Of a stretch of 18,202 nucleotides of DNA, positions 6,829 to 14,184 are shown piece after piece; positions within the stretch are counted from its first letter, which is position 1; each line of letters starts with the position of its first letter. The translations under genes were made by a program, and so were the position numbers. Under the pieces are notes generated by a model. It saw nothing but the letters and a program-made list of their open reading frames with translations, searched no databases and was not told where the DNA came from. Source of the stretch: Candidatus Rokuibacteriota bacterium (GTDB lineage Bacteria; Methylomirabilota; Methylomirabilia; Rokubacteriales; DASRDR01); the NCBI GenBank assembly GCA_044866005.1, contig JBIOTN010000112.1, positions 1-18,202 of the forward strand. The letters are read 5' to 3'.

Positions 6829-7338
6829 ATGGGCGGCCGGCCTTCGGGAGGTCGTACCCTCGCCGTCCGGCGGACGGGCACCCGGGCGGCGGGGGTGGTC
6901 CTTGGCCTCGGGCTCCTGGCGGGCGCCGTCGCGCTCGCCCAGGACACCGCGCCGTCGCGGGACGGCGTGGTCTTCCGACACGCCGTGGACGACGGGCCGC
7001 TGGACGTCAGCCTGAGACCGGGCGAGCCGGCGACCGAGGCGGTCAAGCGGTTCCAGGCCAGCGGGCAGAACGTGTACGTGGGCCAGCCGGAGGCGGTAGG
7101 CGAGGGCAAGCAGCAGTACGAGACGTGGTGCCAGTCGTGCCACCTGGCGGACGGGTCGGGCCGGATCGGACCCAGCCTGATCGATGACGTGTACAATTAC
7201 AAGCGGACCAGGACGGACATCGGGATGTTCGAGATCATCCTGGGGGGTGGAGCGGGCGCCATGCAACCCTTCCGCGACCGGCTCACGCAGGATCAGATCC
7301 TCAAGGTCATCGCGTACGTCCACAGCCTGAAGCGGTGA
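6829..7338 (+). CDS. Periplasmic monoheme cytochrome c, cytochrome cL (MxaG/XoxG)-like; start uncertain
   Basis: Signal peptide (..AVALA-QD), then VFRHAVDDGPLD...TEAVKRF...GQNVY...GKQQY..WCQSCH...G.GRIGPSL.DD...Y....TD.GMF..I.GG..GAM.P....LT.DQILKVIAYV, collinear with the cytochrome cL pattern. CxxCH and a distal Met are present. Confidence 0.85.
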   Translation: MGGRPSGGRTLAVRRTGTRAAGVVLGLGLLAGAVALAQDTAPSRDGVVFRHAVDDGPLDVSLRPGEPATEAVKRFQASGQNVYVGQPEAVGEGKQQYETWCQSCHLADGSGRIGPSLIDDVYNYKRTRTDIGMFEIILGGGAGAMQPFRDRLTQDQILKVIAYVHSLKR

Positions 7339-7414
7339 GGCGCGCACGGCCCGGTCCCGACGCTCGCGCTCGTCTCCGGTGAGCCTCCCCACGCCCCGGC
7401 GCGAGAGAGCTCCC

Positions 7415-8584
7415 GTGTCCCCGTACCTCCAGAAGATCACCGTCGCCTACGAGTATCCGGTCTACTTCACGACCGACGTCTTCTCGCCCGGCAACCCGGA
7501 CTTCGTCGAGGCCGTCACCCGCCGGGAGCCCGCGCGGCGGCACCGGCTGTTCGTCGTCGTGGAGCGCGCGGTGGCCGAGGCCTGGCCCCGGCTCGTGGCC
7601 GACGTCCGGGCCTACGTCGAGCATCACCCGGACCGGCTGGCGCTGGTCGCCGCGCCGCTCGTCGTCGAGGGCGGCGAGGCGGCCAAGAACGACCCCACCG
7701 CCCCGGCGCGCCTGGAGGCCGCCCTGCACGCCCACGCCGTGGACCGGCAGTCCTTCGTGGTGATCGTGGGCGGCGGGGCCCTGCTCGACATGGTGGGCTA
7801 CGCCGCGGCGACGGTGCACCGCGGGCTCCGGGTCGTGCGCGTCCCCACGACGGTGCTGTCGCAGAACGACTCGGGCGTGGGCGTGAAGAACGGCGTGAAC
7901 CTCTTCGGCAAGAAGAACTTCCTCGGCACGTTCGCGCCGCCCTTCGCCGTCCTCAGCGACGCGCGGTTCCTGGAAACGCTCGGCCGGCGGGACACGGTCG
8001 CCGGCATGGCGGAGGCGGTGAAGGTGGCGCTGATCCGGGACGCCACTTTCTTCGACTGGCTCGCCGACCACGCCGATGCCCTCGCCGGCTGCGCCCCGGC
8101 GCCGCTGGGGCAGCTCATCCGCCGGTGCGCCCAGCTCCACCTCGACCACATCGCCACCTCGGGCGACCCCTTCGAGCTCGGCAGCGCCCGCCCGCTCGAC
8201 TTCGGTCACTGGGCCGCGCACAAGCTCGAATCGCTCTCGGGCAACCGGCTGCGGCACGGCGAGGCGGTCGCGATCGGCGTGGCGCTCGACACGCTGTACT
8301 CGGCGGACGCCGGCCTCCTCGCCGCCACCGCGGTGGAGCCGGTGTGGCGTCTCCTGGAGCGGCTGGGCTTCCGCCTGTGGGACGAGACGCTCGACCTCGT
8401 CGCGCCGGACGACGGCATGCCGCGCGTGCTGGAGGGTCTCGACGAGTTCCGCGAGCATCTCGGGGGCGAGCTCACGGTCACGCTCCTCAAGGCGATCGGG
8501 CAGGGGATCGAGGTCCACGAGGTCCGACCGGACCTCGTGCTGCGCTCTCTCGCCCGGCTCCGCGCCCGCGACGGCGGCCGTTGA
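7415..8584 (+). CDS. eboD: EboD, 3-dehydroquinate synthase-like sugar phosphate cyclase
   Basis: GGEAAKN, GGGALLDMVGYAAATVHRG, PTTVLSQNDSGVGVKNG, AEAVKVAL, GSARPLDFGHWAAHKLE, LRHGEAVAIG, GLDEFREHLGGELTVTLL. Adjacent to eboE/eboC. Start is GTG 7415 or 7379. Confidence 0.88.
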   Translation: MSPYLQKITVAYEYPVYFTTDVFSPGNPDFVEAVTRREPARRHRLFVVVERAVAEAWPRLVADVRAYVEHHPDRLALVAAPLVVEGGEAAKNDPTAPARLEAALHAHAVDRQSFVVIVGGGALLDMVGYAAATVHRGLRVVRVPTTVLSQNDSGVGVKNGVNLFGKKNFLGTFAPPFAVLSDARFLETLGRRDTVAGMAEAVKVALIRDATFFDWLADHADALAGCAPAPLGQLIRRCAQLHLDHIATSGDPFELGSARPLDFGHWAAHKLESLSGNRLRHGEAVAIGVALDTLYSADAGLLAATAVEPVWRLLERLGFRLWDETLDLVAPDDGMPRVLEGLDEFREHLGGELTVTLLKAIGQGIEVHEVRPDLVLRSLARLRARDGGR

Positions 8585-9789
8585 GACTCGCCGCGCCCGG
8601 CGGCCCGCACCTCACCTACTGCACCAACATCCACCCGGGCGAGACCTGGGCCGAAGTCCGCGCGAACGTCGAGCGCTACGTCCTCGCGGTCAAGGCGCGC
8701 CTGGCACCGGATCGGCCCTTCGGCGTCGGCCTCCGGCTGTCGGCGCAGGCCGCCGCGACGCTCGCCGAGCCGGGCGAGCGGGCCGCCTTCCGGGACTTCC
8801 TCGCCGGCCGTGGCCTCTACGTGTTCACGATCAACGGCTTCCCCTACGGCGCCTTCCATGGGACGCGCGTCAAGGCCGACGTCTACCGCCCCGACTGGCT
8901 CGAGGAGGCGCGCCTGGTCTACACGGACCGACTCGCCTGGCTGCTGGCGGACCTGCTGCCCGCGGACCCGGATCTCGAGGGGAGCGTCAGCACGGTGCCC
9001 GGCGCCTTCAAGGCGCGCGTGGCAGGCGACGCCGACGCCGCCCGCATGGCGGAGCACGTCCTGCGCCACGCGGGGACCCTCCATCAGATCCGTGAGGCGA
9101 CGGGCCGGATCGTCACGCTCGCGCTCGAGCCCGAGCCCTGCTGCCACTTCGAGACCGTGGCCGAGACCGTCGGCTTCTTCGAGCGCCACCTCTTCGCGGC
9201 GGCCGGCGTCGCCCGCCTCGCGGCGTTGACGGGTCTGACCATGTCCGAGAGCGAGGCCGTCCTGCGCCGGCACGTCGGGGTCTGCTTCGACGCCTGCCAC
9301 ATGGCCGTGGAGTTCGAGGACCTCAGGGCGGCGCTCCGCGCTTTCGAGACCGCCGGGATCCGCGTGGCGAAGATCCAGGTGAGCGCCGGGCTCAAGGTGC
9401 GCCTGGAGAGGGAGGACCGAGCGACCCGCGAGGCGCTCGGGCCGTTCGCCGAGGGCGTCTACCTCCACCAGGTGGTCGAGCGGCGGGGGGGCCGCCTCCG
9501 CCGGTTCGTGGACCTGCCCGATGCCCTCGCCGCCGGGGACGGCGCCGGGGAGCCGCGCGAGTGGCGGATCCACTTCCACGTGCCGCTCTTCCGCGAGCGC
9601 CTGGGCGCCTTCCTGAACACGCAGGAAGAGCTCCGCGACCTCCTGGCCCGGCTGCGGGAGGCGGCGGCCACGCCGCACCTGGAGGTCGAGACCTACACCT
9701 GGGACGTGCTGCCGGAGGAGTACCGCCGCGAGGACATCGTGACCGCGGTCACACGGGAGCTTCAGTGGGTGCTCGAGCGGCTCGGCTGA
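8581..9789 (+). CDS. eboE: Metabolite traffic protein EboE (xylose isomerase-like TIM barrel)
   Basis: TTG start overlapping the eboD stop (TTGA). HLTYCTNIHPGE, FTINGFPYGAFH, VYRPDW, LEPEP, DACH, KIQVS, YLHQV, WRIHFHVPL, HLEVETYTWDVLP. Confidence 0.92.
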   Translation: MRLAAPGGPHLTYCTNIHPGETWAEVRANVERYVLAVKARLAPDRPFGVGLRLSAQAAATLAEPGERAAFRDFLAGRGLYVFTINGFPYGAFHGTRVKADVYRPDWLEEARLVYTDRLAWLLADLLPADPDLEGSVSTVPGAFKARVAGDADAARMAEHVLRHAGTLHQIREATGRIVTLALEPEPCCHFETVAETVGFFERHLFAAAGVARLAALTGLTMSESEAVLRRHVGVCFDACHMAVEFEDLRAALRAFETAGIRVAKIQVSAGLKVRLEREDRATREALGPFAEGVYLHQVVERRGGRLRRFVDLPDALAAGDGAGEPREWRIHFHVPLFRERLGAFLNTQEELRDLLARLREAAATPHLEVETYTWDVLPEEYRREDIVTAVTRELQWVLERLG

Positions 9790-10676
9790 GGCCGCACCCC
9801 GCCCCGCGGTGGCCGGTCTACCTCCGTCTCGGCCGCGTCTCGAACCTGCCGACGGTCTGGACGAACGTCCTGGCGGCCGCCGTGCTGACGGGCGCGCGCC
9901 TCGCGCCCGGCCCGCTCGCGGCGCTGATCGTCGCCCTCTCGCTCTTCTACGTGGGCGGCATGTACCTCAACGACGCCTTCGACCGCGAGGTCGATGCCCG
10001 GGAGCGGCCGGAGCGGCCGATCCCGTCGGGCCTGGTGAGCGCCGGCGAGGTCTTCGCGATCGGCTACGGGCTCCTCGCCGCGGCGGTCGCCGTGCTGACC
10101 GCCACCGTCGCGTGGCGGGGACCGGACCGAAGCTGGACGGCCGTGGTGTCGGGGGGGGCCCTCGCGCTGCTCGTCGTCTACTACGACGTCCGGCACAAGC
10201 GCGATCCCCTGAGCCCGGTCGTCATGGGGCTCTGCCGCGTGCTCGTCTACGTGACGGCGGCGCTCGCCGTCGCGGGGCACGTGCCGGCCGGGGTGGTGGG
10301 CGGCGCGCTGAGCGTGCTCTCCTACCTGATCGGCCTCACCTACGTGGCCAAGCAGGAGACGCTGACGGCGTTCCGGAACCGCTGGCCGCTCGTCTTCCTC
10401 GTGGCACCGTTTCTCTACACGCTGCCGGCGCTCGCCGGTCAGCCCGCGGCGGCGGTCCTCTACGTCGCCTTCCTGCTCTGGGTGGGCTACGCGATCTCGT
10501 TTCTGGTGCGGCAGGGCCGCGTGGACATCCCGCGGGCCGTGGTGAGCTTCATCGCGGGGATCTCGCTGCTCGACGCGCTGCTCATCGCCGGGCGGGGCGC
10601 CGCGGGGCTCGCCGGCCTCGCGACCCTCGGCTTCGCCCTCACGCTCGGCTTGCAACGCTGGGTCCGCGGCACCTAG
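9765..10676 (+). CDS. eboC: EboC, UbiA-family prenyltransferase; start at GTG 9765 or CTG 9786
   Basis: LRLGRVSNLPTVWTNVLA, GGMYLNDAFDREVDARERPERPIPSG (Asp-rich UbiA motif), YDVRHK, MGLCR; multiple hydrophobic helices. Confidence 0.88.
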   Translation: MGARAARLRPHPAPRWPVYLRLGRVSNLPTVWTNVLAAAVLTGARLAPGPLAALIVALSLFYVGGMYLNDAFDREVDARERPERPIPSGLVSAGEVFAIGYGLLAAAVAVLTATVAWRGPDRSWTAVVSGGALALLVVYYDVRHKRDPLSPVVMGLCRVLVYVTAALAVAGHVPAGVVGGALSVLSYLIGLTYVAKQETLTAFRNRWPLVFLVAPFLYTLPALAGQPAAAVLYVAFLLWVGYAISFLVRQGRVDIPRAVVSFIAGISLLDALLIAGRGAAGLAGLATLGFALTLGLQRWVRGT

Positions 10677-10683
10677 CGCCAAT

Positions 10684-10757
10684 CGGAGGGGGCCTCGACG
10701 GCCCCCTCCGGGACCTCCCCCAGGAGGGTTGCGGCGGCAAAGCCGCCGCTCGGAAGC
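10684..10757. repeat. Bipartite REP-like palindromic element
   Basis: CGGAGGGGGCC-tcgac-GGCCCCCTCCG (10684-10710) plus GCGGCGGC-aaa-GCCGCCGC-TCGGAAGC (10731-10757). The reverse complement matches the element at 14096-14181. Confidence 0.75.
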
Positions 10758-10829
10758 TCGTCGAGCCAGGCGGTGTGCTCGGGAAACATCCGATCATTCC
10801 GGGGTGTGGTCATGTAGGAGGATCGGGGT

Positions 10830-11318
10830 ATGGCGGAGAAGGGACTGGATGCGCAGGTCGGTCAGGCGATCGCGAGCGCCGCGCCGGCCGAGCGATTCGG
10901 CGCGGCGCTCCGGCTGGTCCTCCGGCACTTCGGCGCCCAGACCGGCACGATCCATCGGCTCGACCCGGGTGACGGGCACCTCCACCTGGTCGCGGCGAGC
11001 GAGGGGCTGCCCGAGCCCGTGCTCGCCGTGAGCCGGCGGATCCCGCTCGGCAAGGGGATCGCCGGGGCGGCCGCCCAGGGCCGGCAGCCCGTGTCACTCT
11101 GCAACTTACAAACCGACCAGAGCGGCGTCGCGCGGCCGGGAGCGAAGGCGACCGGCGTCCACGGCGCCCTCTGCGTGCCGGTCTTCGACGGCGCGCGCGT
11201 CGTCGGGACGCTCGGGATCGGCGTCCAGGGCGAGCGGGAGTTCACGGAGGCGGAGACCCGCGAGCTCGTCGCGGCGGCCCGCGCGCTCGCGCCGTCGCTG
11301 GCCGGCGCGGGTCGGTGA
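10830..11318 (+). CDS. Stand-alone GAF domain protein
   Basis: AGGAGG upstream; GTIHRLD...LHLVAASEGLP...IPLGKGIAG.AA....PV...NLQTD...ALCVPV....VVGTLGIG....REFTEAE is a typical GAF pattern. Confidence 0.85.
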   Translation: MAEKGLDAQVGQAIASAAPAERFGAALRLVLRHFGAQTGTIHRLDPGDGHLHLVAASEGLPEPVLAVSRRIPLGKGIAGAAAQGRQPVSLCNLQTDQSGVARPGAKATGVHGALCVPVFDGARVVGTLGIGVQGEREFTEAETRELVAAARALAPSLAGAGR

Positions 11319-11592
11319 ACCCGTAGGCAGCCCTCGCACGCGAAATCAGGCACGAGGGAGCCGGCAGCCGTGTGAAGATCGAGGCCGTGGATACCCGGAT
11401 CGAGCCGGCCCCGAGGGACCCTCGAGGTGTGAGATGCTCGAAAGGGGGGGCTCGTCACGGAGCGCAGCGCCGGGCGGACCGGGAGAAGCCGCCGGTGACG
11501 TGGAAGGGAAGCAGACCGCGGCCCGCACGAAGCGACGTCGGGCCGCCAAGCGGGCTCAGATCGCGGGCGACTGAGCCGGAAGGAGGCGCGCC

Positions 11593-11997
11593 ATTTCAGC
11601 CAGGGTGTTCGTCGGCAACCTGAACTACCAGACGACCAGGGAGGAGCTCACCACGCTGCTTTCCGCCGCGGGGAGCATCGTGGACATCCGCCTGCCGACC
11701 GATCGCGAGACGGGTCGGCCCCGCGGGTTTGCGTTCGTCGAGTTCTCGAACGAGACCGAGGCTGCCGCGGCGATCCGGCTCTTCAACGAGCGCGAGCTGG
11801 GCGGCCGAAAGCTCGTCCTCAACCCGGCGGATGATCGGCCCCGCGGGCAGGGTCCCCGCCCGCCGCGGCCATTCGACGCCGGGTCCGGTTCCGGCTCGGC
11901 GCCCCCGTGGGGGGGCGGCGCGCGGCCGTCCCGTCAGAAGCCGTTCAAGACGAAGGGCAGCCGGCGCGGTCTCCGCGCGCGCAAGCGCAGCCTGTAG
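11593..11997 (+). CDS. RRM (RNP-1) RNA-binding protein, RbpA-like, with basic C-terminal tail; probable ATT start
   Basis: RNP2 VFVGNL and RNP1 RGFAFVEF, plus DRETGRPRG. A perfect SD AGGAGG (11581-11586) lies 6 nt before ATT 11593, giving (M)SARVFVGNL. The track's GTG 11605 would start within RNP2. Confidence 0.9.
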   Translation: MSARVFVGNLNYQTTREELTTLLSAAGSIVDIRLPTDRETGRPRGFAFVEFSNETEAAAAIRLFNERELGGRKLVLNPADDRPRGQGPRPPRPFDAGSGSGSAPPWGGGARPSRQKPFKTKGSRRGLRARKRSL

Positions 11998-12094
11998 CGC
12001 GCGCCACCGAGCCGCCCACCCCCTCGCCGCCTCCGTCCGGACGGCCCGGGCCCGGGAATCGCGGGCCGGCGCGCCCGGCTGCCGGCACGCGGGC

Positions 12095-13006
12095 TCAGCC
12101 CGTCACGGAGCCCGCCGTCAGCCCCTCCACGAGGTACTTCTGGAAGACCAGCACGAGAAGGACGGCGGGGAGCGCCGCCAGGAACCCCGACGCGGCGATC
12201 ACCGAGTAGTCGATGTTGATCTGCCCGTTCATGCCGGCGATCACCGGCGGCAGCGTCGTGGTGCCGAGCCGGGTGTTCAGCACCTGCGCCACGACGAACT
12301 CGTTCCAGCAGAGCATGAAGGTGAAGGCGCCTCCCGCCACCAGCCCCGGTCCCGAGACGGGGACGACGACCCGGTAGTAGGCCTGCAGCCGGTTGCACCC
12401 GTCGACCAGCGCGCTCTTGTCGAGGTCGGCCGGGATCGTCTCGAAGTAGGCCTTCATGATCCAGATCGTGAAGGGCAGCGTGAAGGAGCAGTAGGCGAGG
12501 ACGAGCCCGGTCAGCGTGTTCTGGAGGCCGAGGGCGCGGAACATCAGGAAGAAGGCCGGCACCAGCACGACGGTGGGGAGCATCCGGGTGAAGAGGAGCG
12601 CGAAGAGCGAGAGGCCCTTGAGCGGGAACCGGTAGCGCGCGTACGCGTAGCCGGCCGTCGTCCCCACGACCAGGTTGAGCATGGTGACGACGACCGCGAC
12701 GACCAGGCTGTTGAGCATCGAGGGCAGGATCTTGGCGGCCTGGCCCTCGGCGTGGAAACGGACGAGACCGAGCACCATCCGGTAGTTGTCGAGGGTCACC
12801 TCGGGCGGGACGAACGCGAGCGGGCGCGCGAGCAGGTTCCGCTGGTACGAGACGCTGGTGACGAAGAGCCAGAGGAACGGGCCGACCAGCCAGGCGGCGA
12901 CCAGGCACACGAGCCCGTACACGAGGAGCCGCTGGGTGAACGGGCGGGTCCGCGCCCGGTACCGGCCCGCCGCGTACGCGCCGCTCCTGACCGCTCCCGC
13001 CCGCAC
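12095..13006 (-). CDS. Carbohydrate ABC transporter permease (MalG-like)
   Basis: NSLVVA, AGYAYARYRFP, LPFTIWIMKAYFETIPADLDKSALVDGCNRLQAY (EAA-like loop), WNEF, FQKYLVEGLTAGSVTG. Confidence 0.92.
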   Translation of the reverse strand: MRAGAVRSGAYAAGRYRARTRPFTQRLLVYGLVCLVAAWLVGPFLWLFVTSVSYQRNLLARPLAFVPPEVTLDNYRMVLGLVRFHAEGQAAKILPSMLNSLVVAVVVTMLNLVVGTTAGYAYARYRFPLKGLSLFALLFTRMLPTVVLVPAFFLMFRALGLQNTLTGLVLAYCSFTLPFTIWIMKAYFETIPADLDKSALVDGCNRLQAYYRVVVPVSGPGLVAGGAFTFMLCWNEFVVAQVLNTRLGTTTLPPVIAGMNGQINIDYSVIAASGFLAALPAVLLVLVFQKYLVEGLTAGSVTG

Positions 13007-13010
13007 CGCC

Positions 13011-14000
13011 TCACGCCTCCCGGTCGAGCTTCCGGAACAGGAGCCGGTGGTAGACGAGCGTCAGGAGCAGACAGAGCGCCGTCAGCGTGTAGAGGATCGC
13101 CGTGCCCGGACCGAACTTGAAGTACTTGAAGCTCGTCTGGAAGCCGAGCCAGGAGATCGTCGTGGTGTCGTCGCCCGGCCCGCCCATGGTGAGGATGTAG
13201 ATCAGGTCCAGCATGAGGAAGCCGTTCACGGTGGCGAGGACGAGGACGAGGAAGACGATCGACCGGAGCGCGGGCAGGGTCACGTACCGGAGCTTCTGCC
13301 AGTACCCCGCGCCGTCGACTTCCGCCGCCATGTAGAGCTCGACCGGGATCGACTGCATCCCGGCCAGGAAGAGCAGCGTGGCGAACGGCGCCTGGTTCCA
13401 CATGTAGACCGAGACGAGGACGTTGAGCGCGCTGAAGCCATGCTTGAAGAACGAGACGTACTGGTCCAGGAGGCCCACGTTGTGGAGGAGCCCGTTGAGC
13501 GCGCCGAACTCGACGTCGAGGATCCCCTGCCAGAGGAGACCCACCACGACGCGCGAGAGGGACCAGGGGATCAGGAGGAGGCTCCGCATCAGCGGCCGGC
13601 CGTAGAACCGCTCGTGCAGGACCAGGGCCATGCCCAGTCCGACCAGCGTCGTCTCCGCGACGAAGGCGCCGACGAAGTAGGCGGTGCGCCAGAAGGAGCT
13701 CCAGTAGAGCGGATCGGAGAGCAGGCGGACGTAGTTCTGGAAGCCGACGAACCGGAAGAGCGGCAGCCGGACGCCGAAGAGCTCGACGGCCGGTCCGGTC
13801 ACCCGGAGCAGGTTCACGTCGGCGAAGCTCATCCAGAGCGAGTACGCGAGCGGAAAGGCGACCACGAGGGCGATGCCGAGGAAGGCCGGGAGGACGAGGA
13901 GCGACGCGAACGACGCCTCGGACAGCCGGCCCCGCCCGAGCCCGAGCGCGGGTAGCCAGGGGCGGCTCGACACCTGTCCCGGCAGCGCGGGGAGCCTCAT
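13011..14000 (-). CDS. Carbohydrate ABC transporter permease (MalF/UgpA-like)
   Basis: FVGFQNY, LLLIPW, FGALNGLL, W..APFATLLFLAGMQSIPVELYMAAEVDGAGYWQKLRYVTLP (EAA motif), LTMGGPG..T. Confidence 0.92.
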   Translation of the reverse strand: MRLPALPGQVSSRPWLPALGLGRGRLSEASFASLLVLPAFLGIALVVAFPLAYSLWMSFADVNLLRVTGPAVELFGVRLPLFRFVGFQNYVRLLSDPLYWSSFWRTAYFVGAFVAETTLVGLGMALVLHERFYGRPLMRSLLLIPWSLSRVVVGLLWQGILDVEFGALNGLLHNVGLLDQYVSFFKHGFSALNVLVSVYMWNQAPFATLLFLAGMQSIPVELYMAAEVDGAGYWQKLRYVTLPALRSIVFLVLVLATVNGFLMLDLIYILTMGGPGDDTTTISWLGFQTSFKYFKFGPGTAILYTLTALCLLLTLVYHRLLFRKLDREA

Positions 14001-14095
14001 TGGTCAGCGATCCGCCGCCGGCCGCGGGCGCCGGCAGCGTGTCGCGCGTGATCGTGCCTCATGGGGGGAGGCAGGCCCGATGCCCTCGCCGAAGG

Positions 14096-14181
14096 GCTCC
14101 GAGCGGCGGCTTCGCCGCCGGCCCACCCCCCCCCAACCCTTAGAGGGGGGGCATCGGGGGGGTCGTCCGAGACCCCCCCGA
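14096..14181. repeat. Bipartite REP-like palindromic element (contains copy 2 of the 6754 palindrome)
   Basis: CCGAG-CGGCGGC-ttc-GCCGCCG (stem 14104-14120) plus TCGGGGGGGTC-gtccga-GACCCCCCCGA (14154-14181), located between the SBP and permease genes. Confidence 0.75.
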
Positions 14182-14184
14182 AGC

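Noticed and set aside
6829..7338. Methanol oxidation (mxa/xox) cluster
   Set aside because: No methanol dehydrogenase large subunit or MxaJ/XoxJ is present in the window. The adjacent PQQ enzyme is of the unrelated GSDH type.
5284..7440. Long antisense or alternate-frame ORFs (e.g. 5284..7440 -, 13873..15495 +, 15580..17343 +, 8206..9678 -, 11729..13120 +, 1747..2979 +)
   Set aside because: They are shadow ORFs expected at very high GC. They overlap well-supported genes and translate to Arg/Pro/Gly/Ala-rich sequence without family motifs.
7415..8584. Calling this gene housekeeping aroB
   Set aside because: It has EboD-type motifs (SQNDSGVGVKNG, ARPLDFGHWAAHKLE, EFREHLGG), is coupled to eboE and has no aroK/aroC context.
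11319..11420. Known riboswitch (e.g. c-di-GMP) upstream of the RRM gene
   Set aside because: A hairpin with a GAAA-containing loop is present, but I could not match the conserved core of any riboswitch class by eye.
11998..12094. Bidirectional intrinsic terminator between the RRM and permease genes
   Set aside because: Several short GC palindromes are present, but there is no U-tract on either strand and they cannot be distinguished from GC-rich background.
6754..14181. CRISPR array or IS/MITE ends
   Set aside because: The palindromes are dispersed, not regularly spaced with unique spacers. No cas or transposase gene, and no clear target-site duplications, were seen.
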